64,000 nt of DNA from an uncultured Nitrospinota bacterium (GCA_963707985.1 CAVPRW010000010.1:309987-373986), one strand, 5' to 3'; shown: positions 1 through 10,952, numbered from the stretch's first letter. Numbers and translations: made by a program. Notes: generated by a model not told the origin, from the sequence alone.

Positions 1-101
1 TTGGGCTCCCGTGGGGCCGTGGAAATCCAGGGTAGGTATCAGAGAGCCGTTCCCCTCAGGCGATACTTCCTCAGAGAATCATCCCGACAGAAAGATGAAC
101 C

Positions 102-1238
102 ATGATCGAGAGATGGAAACCGTTCGAGACTCGGCTATTTGAAACGCACCCTCAACTCCTGTTTTGGCTATGGTCTGTCTTCATCTATCTGACCGGACAA
201 CTTCTCTTGCATTGGTTTGCTAGAGTCTCCGGATATCCAGCTAAGACTCTGCCGGAGATAATCGTTCAGGTGAGCTATCTCGATGTTGGCTGGTATCTCG
301 ATATTGCGAAGAAGGGGTACTGGATTGATCCCACGAGGTTAGGTCAATCGGTCGTATTCTTTCCACTGTTTCCTTTGCTCATTCGTGGCGCGCATGAATT
401 GACCTCAATGGGTTTTGAGCTGTCTGCTCTCGTCGTGCAAAAGCTCTCCGCCGTTACGATGTTCGCAGCTCTGGTCTGGTGGGTACGGAGTTTCACACCG
501 CTTCCACATTTCTCCGTGGTAACTCTCTCCGCGGTATTTCTCACCTTCCATCCAGCTGCCATTTTCCTTTCTGTGCCCTACACAGAGGCACTCTTCCTGT
601 CTATGGCATTCCTGTTGGCTGGTTTGCTAGAACGGGCACCTCGTCAAAGCACTCCGTGGATAGCATACCTATGCGCTCTGGGTATGGGACTCACGCGGCC
701 AGGCGGTCTCTTTCTCCTACCATGTGGAGCCGTGATGCTAGTGCTCGCATGGAAACAACCCGCGCAGCGGAATGTCGCATTAACCTTAATCGCTGGGGTG
801 TCAGTGGCCATTATGATCCTCACTGTCACCTCTCACTATTATGTCGGTGAGCCTTTTGCCTTTTACATGAGGCGATATGAAGGATGGAAGGAAGTCCCGT
901 CACTTAGCAATATCCTCCGGCTCATTCATTTGCCAATTGGCGGGAGACATATGGGGCGTTACTTGGTCATTTATGCCCACTTGGCTGGGTGCGTCCTCCT
1001 CTGGCGTAGCGAGCAGAGGATTATAGGGCTCTTTTGCTTACTGCTCATCCTGCTACCTGTCTACATGGGTAAGCATGGCGATATGGTTCGCTACTGTCTG
1101 AGCGCTTCTCCAGCATGGATCCTCTTTGTCCTCTATACGGCGCGATGGCCATGGGCAATTGGCATGCTGGGTATATTCAGCGGTCTATACGCGTTCCATC
1201 TGCTTATCCTCTGGCTACAGCGCGGTTGGGTGGGGTAG
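102..1238 (+). CDS. GT-C fold membrane glycosyltransferase (PIG-V/mannosyltransferase-like)
   Basis: Polytopic hydrophobic 378 aa; D-x-x-WY-x-x-IA-x-x-GY, FFPLFP, YTEALFL and TRP motifs. Confidence 0.75.
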   Translation: MIERWKPFETRLFETHPQLLFWLWSVFIYLTGQLLLHWFARVSGYPAKTLPEIIVQVSYLDVGWYLDIAKKGYWIDPTRLGQSVVFFPLFPLLIRGAHELTSMGFELSALVVQKLSAVTMFAALVWWVRSFTPLPHFSVVTLSAVFLTFHPAAIFLSVPYTEALFLSMAFLLAGLLERAPRQSTPWIAYLCALGMGLTRPGGLFLLPCGAVMLVLAWKQPAQRNVALTLIAGVSVAIMILTVTSHYYVGEPFAFYMRRYEGWKEVPSLSNILRLIHLPIGGRHMGRYLVIYAHLAGCVLLWRSEQRIIGLFCLLLILLPVYMGKHGDMVRYCLSASPAWILFVLYTARWPWAIGMLGIFSGLYAFHLLILWLQRGWVG

Positions 1239-1388
1239 AGTAAGGGTCTCATGCCCTCTAAGATATACGCCACATGAGCTACTGCAGCGAGACTTCCGCG
1301 CCAGCCGACATCTGCAAGCTGCTCTCTGCGAGAGGGCGGGGGTGAGGCGTGAAACCTCACCGCCCGATGTTCCATAGGGAGTCGATTG

Positions 1389-1733
1389 CTACCCCCCCAT
1401 ATACTGTCCAAACAACAGAATACGATCGCCATCTTTGAGCTCGCTATCCAAGCCGTGGCGGACGCCCAGGATGGCACCATTGACCACGACCTCGATATGC
1501 TCACCCAGCTCACCAGATGCGGTGTCCCAGAGTGCGCGCTGGAGCTCCGGAAAGCGTTGGCTCAAACGTCGAAGCACGGTGCGGACGGTGTCGCGGGGTT
1601 CCAGAGTCGCATCAAAGCCAATCCGATCGCTGCCGCTACCTCCGACATAACGCGTGACCCAGGCCACTGTGTCGATCTGCACATGAGCTTCTTCATGCGC
1701 CAGGGTTATATCTTGATTTACCTCAGACGGCAC
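1389..1733 (-). CDS. MoaD/ThiS-family sulfur carrier protein
   Basis: VVVNG...LKDGDRI...MGG C-terminal di-glycine; directly downstream of AOR; true start may be GTG at 1682. Confidence 0.85.
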   Translation of the reverse strand: MPSEVNQDITLAHEEAHVQIDTVAWVTRYVGGSGSDRIGFDATLEPRDTVRTVLRRLSQRFPELQRALWDTASGELGEHIEVVVNGAILGVRHGLDSELKDGDRILLFGQYMGG

Positions 1734-3622
1734 GGCCTGCCACCTCTTCCCCCCACAACTGCGGGATCAAATGCTCCAAGCCCAGTTCGCGGAGCAAATC
1801 GGGTTTTGGCAACCCGGTCTTGCGGTCGTACCGAACCGTCTCGTACCAGACGTCCAGCATGTGTTCCCAGTGGGGCTCAATGGCAATTCCCGCTGCTGGG
1901 CCGTCCACCGGCACCGAGCCATAGCGCTTGGAGGGCTTTTCCAGCCCGGGGCCAATGCCACAACGAATGTTAAAGGCTCGTAGCAATGCTGACGTCCGCC
2001 GACCAAAGCGCAGGGCCTCTTCCAGCGTATAGTCCCAGCCACTGGCCGCATTGACCGCCCGGCAGAGATTCTCGATGGTCGTGCGTGTGGTGAAAATACA
2101 GGCCCCCAGGGAATCCTCAAAATGGCGACGCCCTTGTAACGACCCGACCAATTTGGCCACAGCATCCGGGTCGAAGGGATTAATGCGCGCCGGCAACCCC
2201 ATCTCCTGCGGCTTCACCGCGGCACCCGACTCCAACGTGCCAGTACTGCCAGTACACGTGTCGAGCATTTCCTCCCAGCGCGCCCGATGGTCATGGCCCC
2301 GTGGTGTTGACCCCTTCATCGTATAGATGGCACAGTCGGCCGCTGGCCCACCCAAACGCTCCGAGGCACGCTTGACCCCCTCGGCCAGGAGATCGCCAAG
2401 GTGTTGCCGTTGGGCAATCAGTTGCAACAATTGGTTGGCGGCTTCTGCATCGCCCCAGCGCACCTCTAGCCCGCCCAATTGCTCTTTGGTGATGTATCCC
2501 TTCTCCATACATTCCATCACCCAGCCGATCAACCAGCCGAATTCATTGACATCCACGCCAGCCCGATCGATCTGCGTATTCAACCAGGAGGCAGCTACCC
2601 GATCGGTCAGTCCGATGGCCCAGCCGGCGCCTGACCAGCCCTCGTACTCCGGCTCATCGACGATCTTGCCCTGATGGGGACCGGAGGGCAGAATTTGCAT
2701 ATGGCAGTGGTGCATGCCGCAGGCACTGCATTGGTGCCCACGATGATCGAAGCCGTTACGCAGGGCCGGGGCCTCCCAAAGCGACATGTCCGTCCCTTCG
2801 GGTTTTTCATTGGTGGTGTAATTCTTGATGGGCAGCGCACCCAAGCCGAGCAGGTTGACCACTCCCGGCAGGGTACCATATTCATAGAGTGAGCGCGTCG
2901 ACGGATCGGTCTTCAGGTCATAGGCGATCTCGTCCGCGGCCTGGTATAGGCCTCGTACGTCCGCCGCTCGTATCCCGCGTGAGCCACGAACAATGCACAC
3001 GGCCTTGACCTGTTTCTTGCCCATCACCGCCCCGCAGCCGTTCTTGCTGGCGACATGTCCATAATCGCCGGCGATCACGGCAAAGCGGACCAGCCTCTCG
3101 CCGGCCGGACCGATGCCATAGACGCTCATCTGGTGACCGCTCAGGCCATGTTCGGCATTGAGAGCATCCTGCATCTCCCAGGTATCCTTGCCCAACAGCG
3201 GCATGGCATCGCGCAGCTCGACCCGATCATCTTTAATGTAGAGATATACCCAGCGGCTGGCCTGCCCCTGGAAGACGATGGCGTCATAGCCTGAATATTT
3301 GAGATTTGCTCCGAAGAAGCCGTTGGCCTGGGTGGAGGTCGCCCCATTGGTCATGGCACCACGCGTCACCACGGTCAGCCCACCGGTACCCCACACCGGC
3401 AAGCCGGCAAGCGGCCCAGTGGCCAGAATCAGACGATTGTCCGGGTGATCCCACTGACACGTCAGGCGGCACCTCCTCGTACAAGATCTTGGCCCCAAGG
3501 CCCACACCCCCCAGATATTGACGATATTCCTCAGGGCTCAGGGGTTGGGTCCAGATCCGTTCATTGGTCAAATCGACACGCAAAATCTGACCGGCATAAC
3601 CACCGGGTACACTGGTTTCCAC
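1723..3622 (-). CDS. Aldehyde:ferredoxin oxidoreductase family catalytic subunit (W/Mo-pterin), one frameshift near 3460
   Basis: N-term GGYAGQILRVDLT...YLGGVGLG (ORF 3284-3622) continues in ORF 1723-3507 with GPAGE, GAVMG-x-K, CxxC-x3-C, EPEYE, DxxGxD and DSLGAC motifs. Confidence 0.9.
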
Positions 3623-3654
3623 GGACTTCTTCCTCCCTCCCTATGTAGGCCGCC

Positions 3655-4977
3655 TCAAACCGAGACACGCCCCGCCGGGATGGACGGGCGAGCCAGGATT
3701 TTTTGCGGCAGCAGCTGAGCCGTGGTGCGTGAGGCGAGGAACGCTTTCTTGATGTCAAATGGATTGCGGCTCAGGTATTCTTTCCACGGCCCCAGGCCTG
3801 AGCCGGATTGCACCAGTCCCTTCAGCATGCCGACGTCATTGGTGGTCCAGATGTCCGAGGAGACGCCGAGGATAATCGCTCCGATGAGGCGGTCTCCCTG
3901 CCACAAGAGCTTGCGATACGCCGGACGGTCGGGTTTCACGGCGCTCGACACGTCGGCCGTCGCACTGTCCCAGGCGCCGAAACTGGCGATCTCCAGGTCT
4001 GCCACATCGACGATGTTCATCAGCAAACTGCCGCGATAGGCCAGCGGTTGCCCGGCCATGTTGGCGCCAACGATCCTGCCATGCTCCATAGCCGTGGGCT
4101 CGATGGCGTGGACGGCGTGCTCACCGGTGACGAAGTCGCGTCCTTCAGCGACATCTCCGGCGGCATAGACGTGGGGGACGCTCGAACGCAGATGATCATC
4201 AACCACCACGCCACGGTTGACCTCGATCCCAGAGCCCGCCAGCCAGTCGAGATTGGTGCGAATCCCCGTCGCCATGATCACCAGGTCGGCCTCCAACTCA
4301 CCGGATCCTTGGAATCGCAGGCGTTTACGACCGTCCATGTCCTCGATGGCCTGCAATTGCACACCGGTTCGGACCTCAACTCCATGGCGCTTCATCCAAT
4401 CCTCGACGATTTCCGCTCCGGTGCGATCGATCATACGCGGCAGGATCTGCGGCGCAATCTCGACGATGCTCAGTTTCGCCCCTAATTTGAGGATACTGTT
4501 GAGAATGGTAAAGGCAATGAACCCAGCTCCCACCATTACCACCTGCGTTCCTGCCGTGATACCGCTGAGGACGGCACGTGCCTGATCCAGCGTCCAGAAG
4601 CTATGGACCCCTGCCCCCTCGGCTCCAGGAACAGGAGCGCGCACGGCCGACGAACCGGTGGCGACGAGCAGGTCGTCGTACTCGATGGTCGTCCCATTAT
4701 CCAGAGTCAACTGCTGCGCATTGGTATCGAGGCTTGCCGCGCGGCGACCCAGGTGAGGTGTCACTTTCAATTGCGCCAGGCGCGAGGAATTGGCCGTAAA
4801 CACGTGCGCTTCGGAGATGTCGCGCGCCAGATAGTAGGGCAGCACCATCCGTGAGTATGGCCGTTCTGCCGACACCAGCACGACCTCCGAGGCGCCATGA
4901 TCGATCTCTCGGATGGTCGTGATGGCGTTCATCCCAGCCGTGCCCCCTCCCACAATGATATGTCGTTTCGACGCCAT
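3655..4977 (-). CDS. FAD/NAD(P)-dependent oxidoreductase (AOR-associated flavoprotein subunit)
   Basis: IIVGGGTAG, ATGS, VGAGFIA and YAAGDVAE motifs; start MASKRH at 4977. Confidence 0.9.
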   Translation of the reverse strand: MASKRHIIVGGGTAGMNAITTIREIDHGASEVVLVSAERPYSRMVLPYYLARDISEAHVFTANSSRLAQLKVTPHLGRRAASLDTNAQQLTLDNGTTIEYDDLLVATGSSAVRAPVPGAEGAGVHSFWTLDQARAVLSGITAGTQVVMVGAGFIAFTILNSILKLGAKLSIVEIAPQILPRMIDRTGAEIVEDWMKRHGVEVRTGVQLQAIEDMDGRKRLRFQGSGELEADLVIMATGIRTNLDWLAGSGIEVNRGVVVDDHLRSSVPHVYAAGDVAEGRDFVTGEHAVHAIEPTAMEHGRIVGANMAGQPLAYRGSLLMNIVDVADLEIASFGAWDSATADVSSAVKPDRPAYRKLLWQGDRLIGAIILGVSSDIWTTNDVGMLKGLVQSGSGLGPWKEYLSRNPFDIKKAFLASRTTAQLLPQKILARPSIPAGRVSV

Positions 4978-4985
4978 ACCGCCCC

Positions 4986-5465
4986 CTATCGTCCCGCGCC
5001 CAGTCCAACCAGGTCGGTTTGGGCCCGCAGCGCAGCGAAATCGCCTAGCCAATCCGCCGTCTCCGCCTCAACAAATTCGATAGCAGCCGTGGGACAGGCT
5101 TCTGCACAGGCAGGTTGGCCATCGCAGAGATTGCATTTGACCGCTTTGTGGGTTTCCGGGTTGTAGAAGATGGTACCATACGGACAGGCGATGGTGCAGA
5201 GCTTACAGCCGACGCACTGATCTTCCACCACGATTTTGGCTCCTGCCAGCGAGATCGTGATCGCCTCGACAGGGCACGCCGTCATGCACCATCCCTCATC
5301 ACACTGCGTGCACGTATAGGGTGAAAAGCTTGTATTGGCCTCCAGGGGTGAGACGCGGATCACCGACTTGGACGGCTGAAAGCTGCCGGCTTGCATATAG
5401 GAACAGGCGAGTTCGCACCGCATACATCCAGTACATTTCTCCGGCACGATCCGCAAGACCTTCAT
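4986..5465 (-). CDS. 4Fe-4S dicluster/polyferredoxin subunit
   Basis: Four Cys clusters (CTGCMRCELAC, CTQC...CMTACP, CVGCKLCTIACP, CNLC...CAEACP); start MKVLRI at 5465 after GGAG. Confidence 0.92.
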   Translation of the reverse strand: MKVLRIVPEKCTGCMRCELACSYMQAGSFQPSKSVIRVSPLEANTSFSPYTCTQCDEGWCMTACPVEAITISLAGAKIVVEDQCVGCKLCTIACPYGTIFYNPETHKAVKCNLCDGQPACAEACPTAAIEFVEAETADWLGDFAALRAQTDLVGLGAGR

Positions 5466-5630
5466 GTCTTCTCCTCGCAGGTTCAGACTGTCGTTTGCGC
5501 GCGCATGGGTGAAACCCTCTCTGCTTGATCGATACATGTGCTCGAAATCACCTCTAATCGATCGGGGAGGTCGCATCATACGAGAGCCATGGCAACATTG
5601 TCAATGGCAGAGCCATGCCTGGTGAGCGCC

Positions 5631-6749
5631 TCATGGATCGTTCTCTTGCTCCCCGGCCCCCAACTTGGCTAGACGATCGTGGATGTATTGCATTTTCGTC
5701 ACCAGAACCTGACGGTCGAAGGCACTCGTGGCCGCGCGGAGACTGCGACGGAGGCCATGGAGCTCTTCCTCGAGGAGGTCGGGGTCAGTCTGCCGATCGA
5801 CGCTCACCCGGAACGCTGGGGTCAAGAGCCGATCGTACTCGGGGCGCATCATGGCCGAACGTCCGTGACGCTCGCCACCGGCTGCACCGCCGCTAAGGCG
5901 TGCGTCTAAGGTCAGCATCTCCGACAGACCCATGGTTTCGAAGAGTTCCACCACATTGGTCATGCGGCCGAGAAGCGCCTCTGTTGTGCCATGCTGCTTG
6001 ATCGCCCCCAATATCTCATGCACCAAGGGCAATACAGCCAGCATGATGCTGCCGGGGAAAATCACCATCTTGAATCCCAGGCGCTGGAGCTCAGCCACTG
6101 GTAATAGGGGTGACTTACCGTGCTCGACGAAATTGTAGAGGAGCGGCACGTCTACTTCACGGACCACGCGGTCGATTTCTTCGCGGGTGCGCACGGCCTC
6201 GACGAACAGCATATCCGCGCCGGCCTCGGCATAGGCGTGACAGCGTCGTAGGGTGTCGTCGAGGCCGGTCACCGCCAGAGCGTCGGTGCGCGCAATCACC
6301 ACGAAGTCCTCATCGATACGTGCGTCCACGGCGGCACGGAGCTTGATGACCATGTCCTCGCAAGAGATCACCTGCTTGCCGTCCAGGTGCCCGCACCGCT
6401 TGGGAAAAACCTGGTCCTCGAGGTGTAGGGCCGCGACGCCAGCCCTCTCATACTCTCGTACGGTACGGTAGACGTTGAGCGCCCCGCCATAGCCGGTATC
6501 AGCATCGGCGAGCAGCGGAATCGATACCGTTGCAGCGATGGCTGCCGCGTTTGCCACCATTTCGCTCAGCGTCGCGAAGCCCAGGTCAGGCTGGCCAAGT
6601 CGCGTCAGCGCCGTGCCCGCGCCAGTCATGTAGACCGCCGGAAATCCCTGGCGCTCGATAAGCTTGGCGGTCAGACAATCATAGGCTCCAGGGGCCACGA
6701 TGATCCCCGGCTTGCTCAAGAGCTGGCGCAATTGTGCTGTGGCCTTCAT
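5631..6749 (-). CDS. Isocitrate lyase/PEP mutase family enzyme with ~75 aa C-terminal extension
   Basis: APGAYD, DADTGYG, EDQVFPKRCGH, ARTDA motifs. Confidence 0.88.
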   Translation of the reverse strand: MKATAQLRQLLSKPGIIVAPGAYDCLTAKLIERQGFPAVYMTGAGTALTRLGQPDLGFATLSEMVANAAAIAATVSIPLLADADTGYGGALNVYRTVREYERAGVAALHLEDQVFPKRCGHLDGKQVISCEDMVIKLRAAVDARIDEDFVVIARTDALAVTGLDDTLRRCHAYAEAGADMLFVEAVRTREEIDRVVREVDVPLLYNFVEHGKSPLLPVAELQRLGFKMVIFPGSIMLAVLPLVHEILGAIKQHGTTEALLGRMTNVVELFETMGLSEMLTLDARLSGGAAGGERHGRSAMMRPEYDRLLTPAFRVSVDRQTDPDLLEEELHGLRRSLRAATSAFDRQVLVTKMQYIHDRLAKLGAGEQENDP

Positions 6750-6761
6750 GGCTGCGGTCTC

Positions 6762-7301
6762 CTACATGTCGCCGAGATATGGGCGCAGCAGTGTCAGCAA
6801 GGTTGACACCTTGCTATGCAGGTCGGCTTCTTCATCAGTGGACTCAGCGTCAACGCCAAGCACGACGTCGCAAACCTTGCGGTACAGCGGTTCACGCTGG
6901 CTCCACAGGGCACGCATCTCAGCTTCCAGGTTGGGCTGGTCGGTCAGGGGGGGGCGAGCATAGCTGCGTTCCAGACGCTTGGCGAGCTTGGCCGGATCAG
7001 CTGCCAGTAAGATGATGATGCTGCTAGGCTTCAACACCTGGACATTGCGGGCAAACGTCAACGCTCCGCCTCCCGAGCTGATCACCGCCGCGCGCTGGCG
7101 GGCGACCTGGCGAATCACCTGATGTTCAAGATCGCGGAACGCGTCCCAACCCAGGCGGCTCACGTATTGGGAGATTGGCTCGCCGATCTGTTGCTCAATG
7201 AGTAGATCGGTATCGAAAAACGGACGTGCCAACGTCAGGGCGAGGCGCCGCCCTATGCTGCTTTTGCCAGTACCGCGCAGGCCAGTCAGGATCAGGTTCA
7301 T
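6762..7301 (-). CDS. aroK: Shikimate kinase
   Basis: GLRGTGKS P-loop, DTD, FRDLE, SGGG, RPPL; adjacent to aroA. Confidence 0.92.
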   Translation of the reverse strand: MNLILTGLRGTGKSSIGRRLALTLARPFFDTDLLIEQQIGEPISQYVSRLGWDAFRDLEHQVIRQVARQRAAVISSGGGALTFARNVQVLKPSSIIILLAADPAKLAKRLERSYARPPLTDQPNLEAEMRALWSQREPLYRKVCDVVLGVDAESTDEEADLHSKVSTLLTLLRPYLGDM

Positions 7302-7383
7302 CGCATCAGTCTCGCTCTCCTGGCGCGAGAGGGACGGAGGAAGAGGAGCGACAGCTCGCCGACACGAATGACGCCACGGTGCC

Positions 7384-8655
7384 TCAGCCCCTGCGGTGCG
7401 GAGAGTACAGTGCCTGTAATTCCTCAAAAAACGTCGGATAACTCTTCGACACGCACTCCGGGGTGCCGATGCGAACGCCGGATACACGGGATCCCAAAAT
7501 CGCAAAGCTCATGGCCATGCGATGGTCTGCGTAGGTTTCGATGTCCGCTCCATGCGGTTCTCCCCCCTGAATGCGGATGCCATCCGCCAACTCTTCCGCC
7601 TCGATGCCCATCCGACGCAGCTCTGCCACCAACGCCGCCAGTCGGTTGCTCTCCTTGATCCGTAAATTGGCGACGTTGACGATGCGTGTCTCACCACGCG
7701 CCAGCGCAGCCAGCACCGCCAGGGTCATGACTCCATCGGGGAGGCGATTCATATCGACGACGCCAGGGCTTTGCAGCCTACCAGGTCCCTGTACCGTCAC
7801 CCCTTGCTGTCGCGTGACCGTACATCCCATACGCTCCAGGATGGGTAACAGCTCCATGTCCCCCTGATGCGAGGAGGGTTGGATATTTTTCACCGTGACA
7901 CGACCTGCGGTCGACGCAGCCAGCGCCCACCAATAGCCGGCTGATGTCGCATCGCCTTCGATCGCGAAATGGCGCCCCTGGTAGCGCTGCTGAGGAATAT
8001 GGAAGCGGCGTCGATCTGGGCGATCAACAAAGACACCGAAGGCTGCCATCACCTCGCGGGTCAATTCGATATAGGTTTCGGACACCATTTCGCCGGCCGC
8101 CTCGAGACCGATAGGTTGCCGTGCATAGGGCGCCACCATGAGGATGGCGGACAGGTACTGGCTGCTAAGATTGGCCTGGACCTGGCCGCGACCACCCGGT
8201 AGGACAGAGGATCGGATGGTCACAGGTGGGCAACCGTTGACGCACTCGATATCGACTCCGAGCCCCGTCAGGGCGTGCACGAGGTCATAGATCGGGCGTG
8301 TCTGCATGCGTTGGTCGCCAGTCACGACTTGTACTCCTGGCACCAGGGCACAAAACGCCGTCAGAAAACGCACTGTGGTGCCGGCATTGCCGCAAAATAA
8401 CGATGCCTGCAGTGGGGGAAAGTGACCTCCCAAGCCCTCGATCTCGACCTCGTCATCCGAGGCCTGGAGCACAATCCCCAGCGTGCGCAGATGTGACATC
8501 ATAAAGCGCGTGTCATCACTATGGAGGACGTTGCTGAGACGGCTCTTGCCCTCGGCTAGGCTTGCCACCACGAGGGCGCGATTGCTCAGTGACTTCGAGC
8601 CAGGAACAGATACGGCGATGTCGATGGGAGCTTCGACAGGGGTAATCGGTAACAT
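7384..8655 (-). CDS. aroA: 3-phosphoshikimate 1-carboxyvinyltransferase
   Basis: PGSKSLSNR, GNAGTTVRF, SSQYLS, RIKESNR, DHRMAM, KSYP motifs. Confidence 0.97.
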   Translation of the reverse strand: MLPITPVEAPIDIAVSVPGSKSLSNRALVVASLAEGKSRLSNVLHSDDTRFMMSHLRTLGIVLQASDDEVEIEGLGGHFPPLQASLFCGNAGTTVRFLTAFCALVPGVQVVTGDQRMQTRPIYDLVHALTGLGVDIECVNGCPPVTIRSSVLPGGRGQVQANLSSQYLSAILMVAPYARQPIGLEAAGEMVSETYIELTREVMAAFGVFVDRPDRRRFHIPQQRYQGRHFAIEGDATSAGYWWALAASTAGRVTVKNIQPSSHQGDMELLPILERMGCTVTRQQGVTVQGPGRLQSPGVVDMNRLPDGVMTLAVLAALARGETRIVNVANLRIKESNRLAALVAELRRMGIEAEELADGIRIQGGEPHGADIETYADHRMAMSFAILGSRVSGVRIGTPECVSKSYPTFFEELQALYSPHRRG

Positions 8656-8660
8656 GGGTA

Positions 8661-8770
8661 ACCTTTGTATTGCGGGGCGCGCTTTTCGACAAAGGCGCGG
8701 GCACCCTCATTGTGGGCCTCGGTTTGCGTGCCAACGATCGGGGCCGAAGCGACATATTCGAGGAAGGCGT
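8661..8770 (-). pseudogene. Enoyl-CoA hydratase/crotonase C-terminal remnant
   Basis: Translates TEAHNEGARAFVEKRAPQYKG, the typical crotonase C-terminus; rest of gene absent. Confidence 0.55.
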
Positions 8771-9002
8771 GGCGATTCGACACCATCGCACTATAGTCAG
8801 AGGGCCAATGGATGTCAATCAGCATACTCTCCCACGGGTCGAGAATGTCGTTGACAAACGGCATGATTGGCCCTAGCTTGAGGTGTAAAGGCTCGGACGG
8901 ACTGTGCATCCGTGGATGGTGTGCTGTGCAGGAGGTCGTCGGCACCGTCCACGCCTTTGGACAACAACAGGGTGAAGGGCAACTCGACGAGGGAAGGCGG
9001 CT

Positions 9003-9854
9003 ATGCAGGTGCTCAGGACGATTGCCGAGCTCTCCCGCTGGCGTGCAGGTGCATCACCTCCGGTTGGCCTTGTGCCGACCATGGGGTATCTACATGCAGG
9101 GCACCTGTCATTGGTTCGACGAGCTCGATCTGAGAACGACAGCGTGGTGGTGAGCATCTTTGTCAATCCCACCCAATTCGGCCCACACGAAGACTTCCAG
9201 CGCTATCCACGCGATCTGGACCGTGACCTCGACCTGCTTGACAGCGAGCAGGTCAATGCCATCTTCACCCCTGAGGTCGACGAAATGTACCCGCCCGGGG
9301 CATCAACGATGGTGGAAGTGGAAACCTTGACCGGCATCCTCGAAGGTGCGTCACGGCCTGGGCATTTTCGTGGCGTGGCGACGATCGTCTGCAAGCTATT
9401 TCATCTGGTGCATCCGGATCGCGCCTATTTCGGGCAGAAAGATTACCAGCAACTGCAAGTGATCCAGCAGATGGTCCACGACCTCCGGATGCCTGTCGAG
9501 GTGGTTGGTTGCCCGACTATCCGCGAGCCCGATGGGTTGGCTATGAGCTCGCGCAATGTGTATCTGCGTCCTGCTGAGCGGCAGGCAGCGGTTGTCCCGT
9601 CGCAGGCCTTGTCGCGAGCCATATATCTGTTCAACTGTGGCGTGCAGGATGGCGCCCGTCTACAGGCTGAAGTACGAAGCATGCTCGCCAAGGAGCCGCT
9701 GATCCGCATCGATTACGTGGCGGTCGTGCATCCGCACACGCTACAGCCGGTGGTTTCAGTGGCTGCAGAAGGAGCAGTCATCTGTCTCGCCGTGTGGATC
9801 GGCCAGACGAGGTTGATAGATAATGTCCACATCATCGCTGCAGAAAGCTCATAG
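9003..9854 (+). CDS. panC: Pantoate--beta-alanine ligase
   Basis: VPTMGYLHAGH, FVNPTQF, RPGHF, FGQKDYQQ, GLAMSSRN, RLIDN. Confidence 0.97.
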   Translation: MQVLRTIAELSRWRAGASPPVGLVPTMGYLHAGHLSLVRRARSENDSVVVSIFVNPTQFGPHEDFQRYPRDLDRDLDLLDSEQVNAIFTPEVDEMYPPGASTMVEVETLTGILEGASRPGHFRGVATIVCKLFHLVHPDRAYFGQKDYQQLQVIQQMVHDLRMPVEVVGCPTIREPDGLAMSSRNVYLRPAERQAAVVPSQALSRAIYLFNCGVQDGARLQAEVRSMLAKEPLIRIDYVAVVHPHTLQPVVSVAAEGAVICLAVWIGQTRLIDNVHIIAAESS

Positions 9855-10027
9855 TTCGCTCCCCCAGGGCATAAGTCCTGAGAGAGTTTCGAACTGCGTC
9901 ACGGTCTGGAGCCTTCATCCTCATATGCTGCTTCCAAGGCGATTGACGCGGGGGGTGGTGCCGTGCTGGGAGGCGGAAGTCCCATTGTGCAGGGCAGCAC
10001 TTTTGGGGAGAGTAATGGAGAGCACCG

Positions 10028-10948
10028 ATGTCCCCACATCCCAAGACTAGCGCACCGACGCTCCTGCACACTGACTTCCCCAGCTTACCGCCACCCCACC
10101 GAGGCAAGGTTCGGGATATTTACGATTTTGGACAAACTTTGCTCATCGTGGCGACCGATCGCATCTCAGTCTTCGATGTTATTTTACCCTCTGGCATCCC
10201 TGGCAAGGGGAAAATTCTCACCCAGCTCTCTTGCTTTTGGTTCGGGCGCACAGAGGGGCTCGTTCGAAATCATCTGATCACCGTCGATCCACAGCGCTAT
10301 CCAGAGCCATGCCAGGCGTACCGCGGCGAGTTAGACGGTCGGAGCATGCTCGTGCAAAAAGCTGAACCATTGCCGGTGGAATGTGTGGTGCGTGGCTATT
10401 TGGCGGGCTCGGCCTGGGAAGATTATCGCTGCACCGGGCGGGTAGGCGATCTTTCCCTCCCCGCCGGCCTGCGGGAGGCAGCGCGCCTCGAGGCACCCCT
10501 ATTCACGCCGACGACCAAAGCTCCACAAGGCATGCATGATGAACCGATGCCCTTTGCGGCCCTGCAGGAACTGGTGGGCTCTCCCATTGCCGCGCATCTG
10601 CGCGACCTTAGTGTGGCGTTATATACAAATGGCCGACAGTTCGCCGAAACCTGCGGTCTTATCCTCGCCGATACCAAATTCGAGTTCGGCCTTTACGAGG
10701 GTGACGTCATCCTCATCGATGAGCTGTTCACCCCGGACTCATCACGCTATTGGCCACGCGCCGCTTATCAACCCGGACGCTCACAACCAAGCTTCGATAA
10801 GCAATTCGTCCGCGATTATACCACCAGCTTGGGGTGGAATCGGCAGCCTCCTGGACCTGAACTGCCGGGTGAGATCATCGAGAAAACCCGTCAACGCTAT
10901 CTCGAGGCTTACCACTTGCTCGTCGGCACCTGGCCGCAAGGTGTGTGA
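10028..10948 (+). CDS. purC: SAICAR synthetase
   Basis: GKVRDIY, TDRISVFD, ECVVRGY, DTKFEFG, TPDSSRYW, DKQFVRD. Confidence 0.97.
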   Translation: MSPHPKTSAPTLLHTDFPSLPPPHRGKVRDIYDFGQTLLIVATDRISVFDVILPSGIPGKGKILTQLSCFWFGRTEGLVRNHLITVDPQRYPEPCQAYRGELDGRSMLVQKAEPLPVECVVRGYLAGSAWEDYRCTGRVGDLSLPAGLREAARLEAPLFTPTTKAPQGMHDEPMPFAALQELVGSPIAAHLRDLSVALYTNGRQFAETCGLILADTKFEFGLYEGDVILIDELFTPDSSRYWPRAAYQPGRSQPSFDKQFVRDYTTSLGWNRQPPGPELPGEIIEKTRQRYLEAYHLLVGTWPQGV

Positions 10949-10952
10949 AGCG

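Noticed and set aside
10536..10952. N-terminal extension of Sua5
   Set aside because: Overlaps purC in another frame; the start at 10953 fits the family
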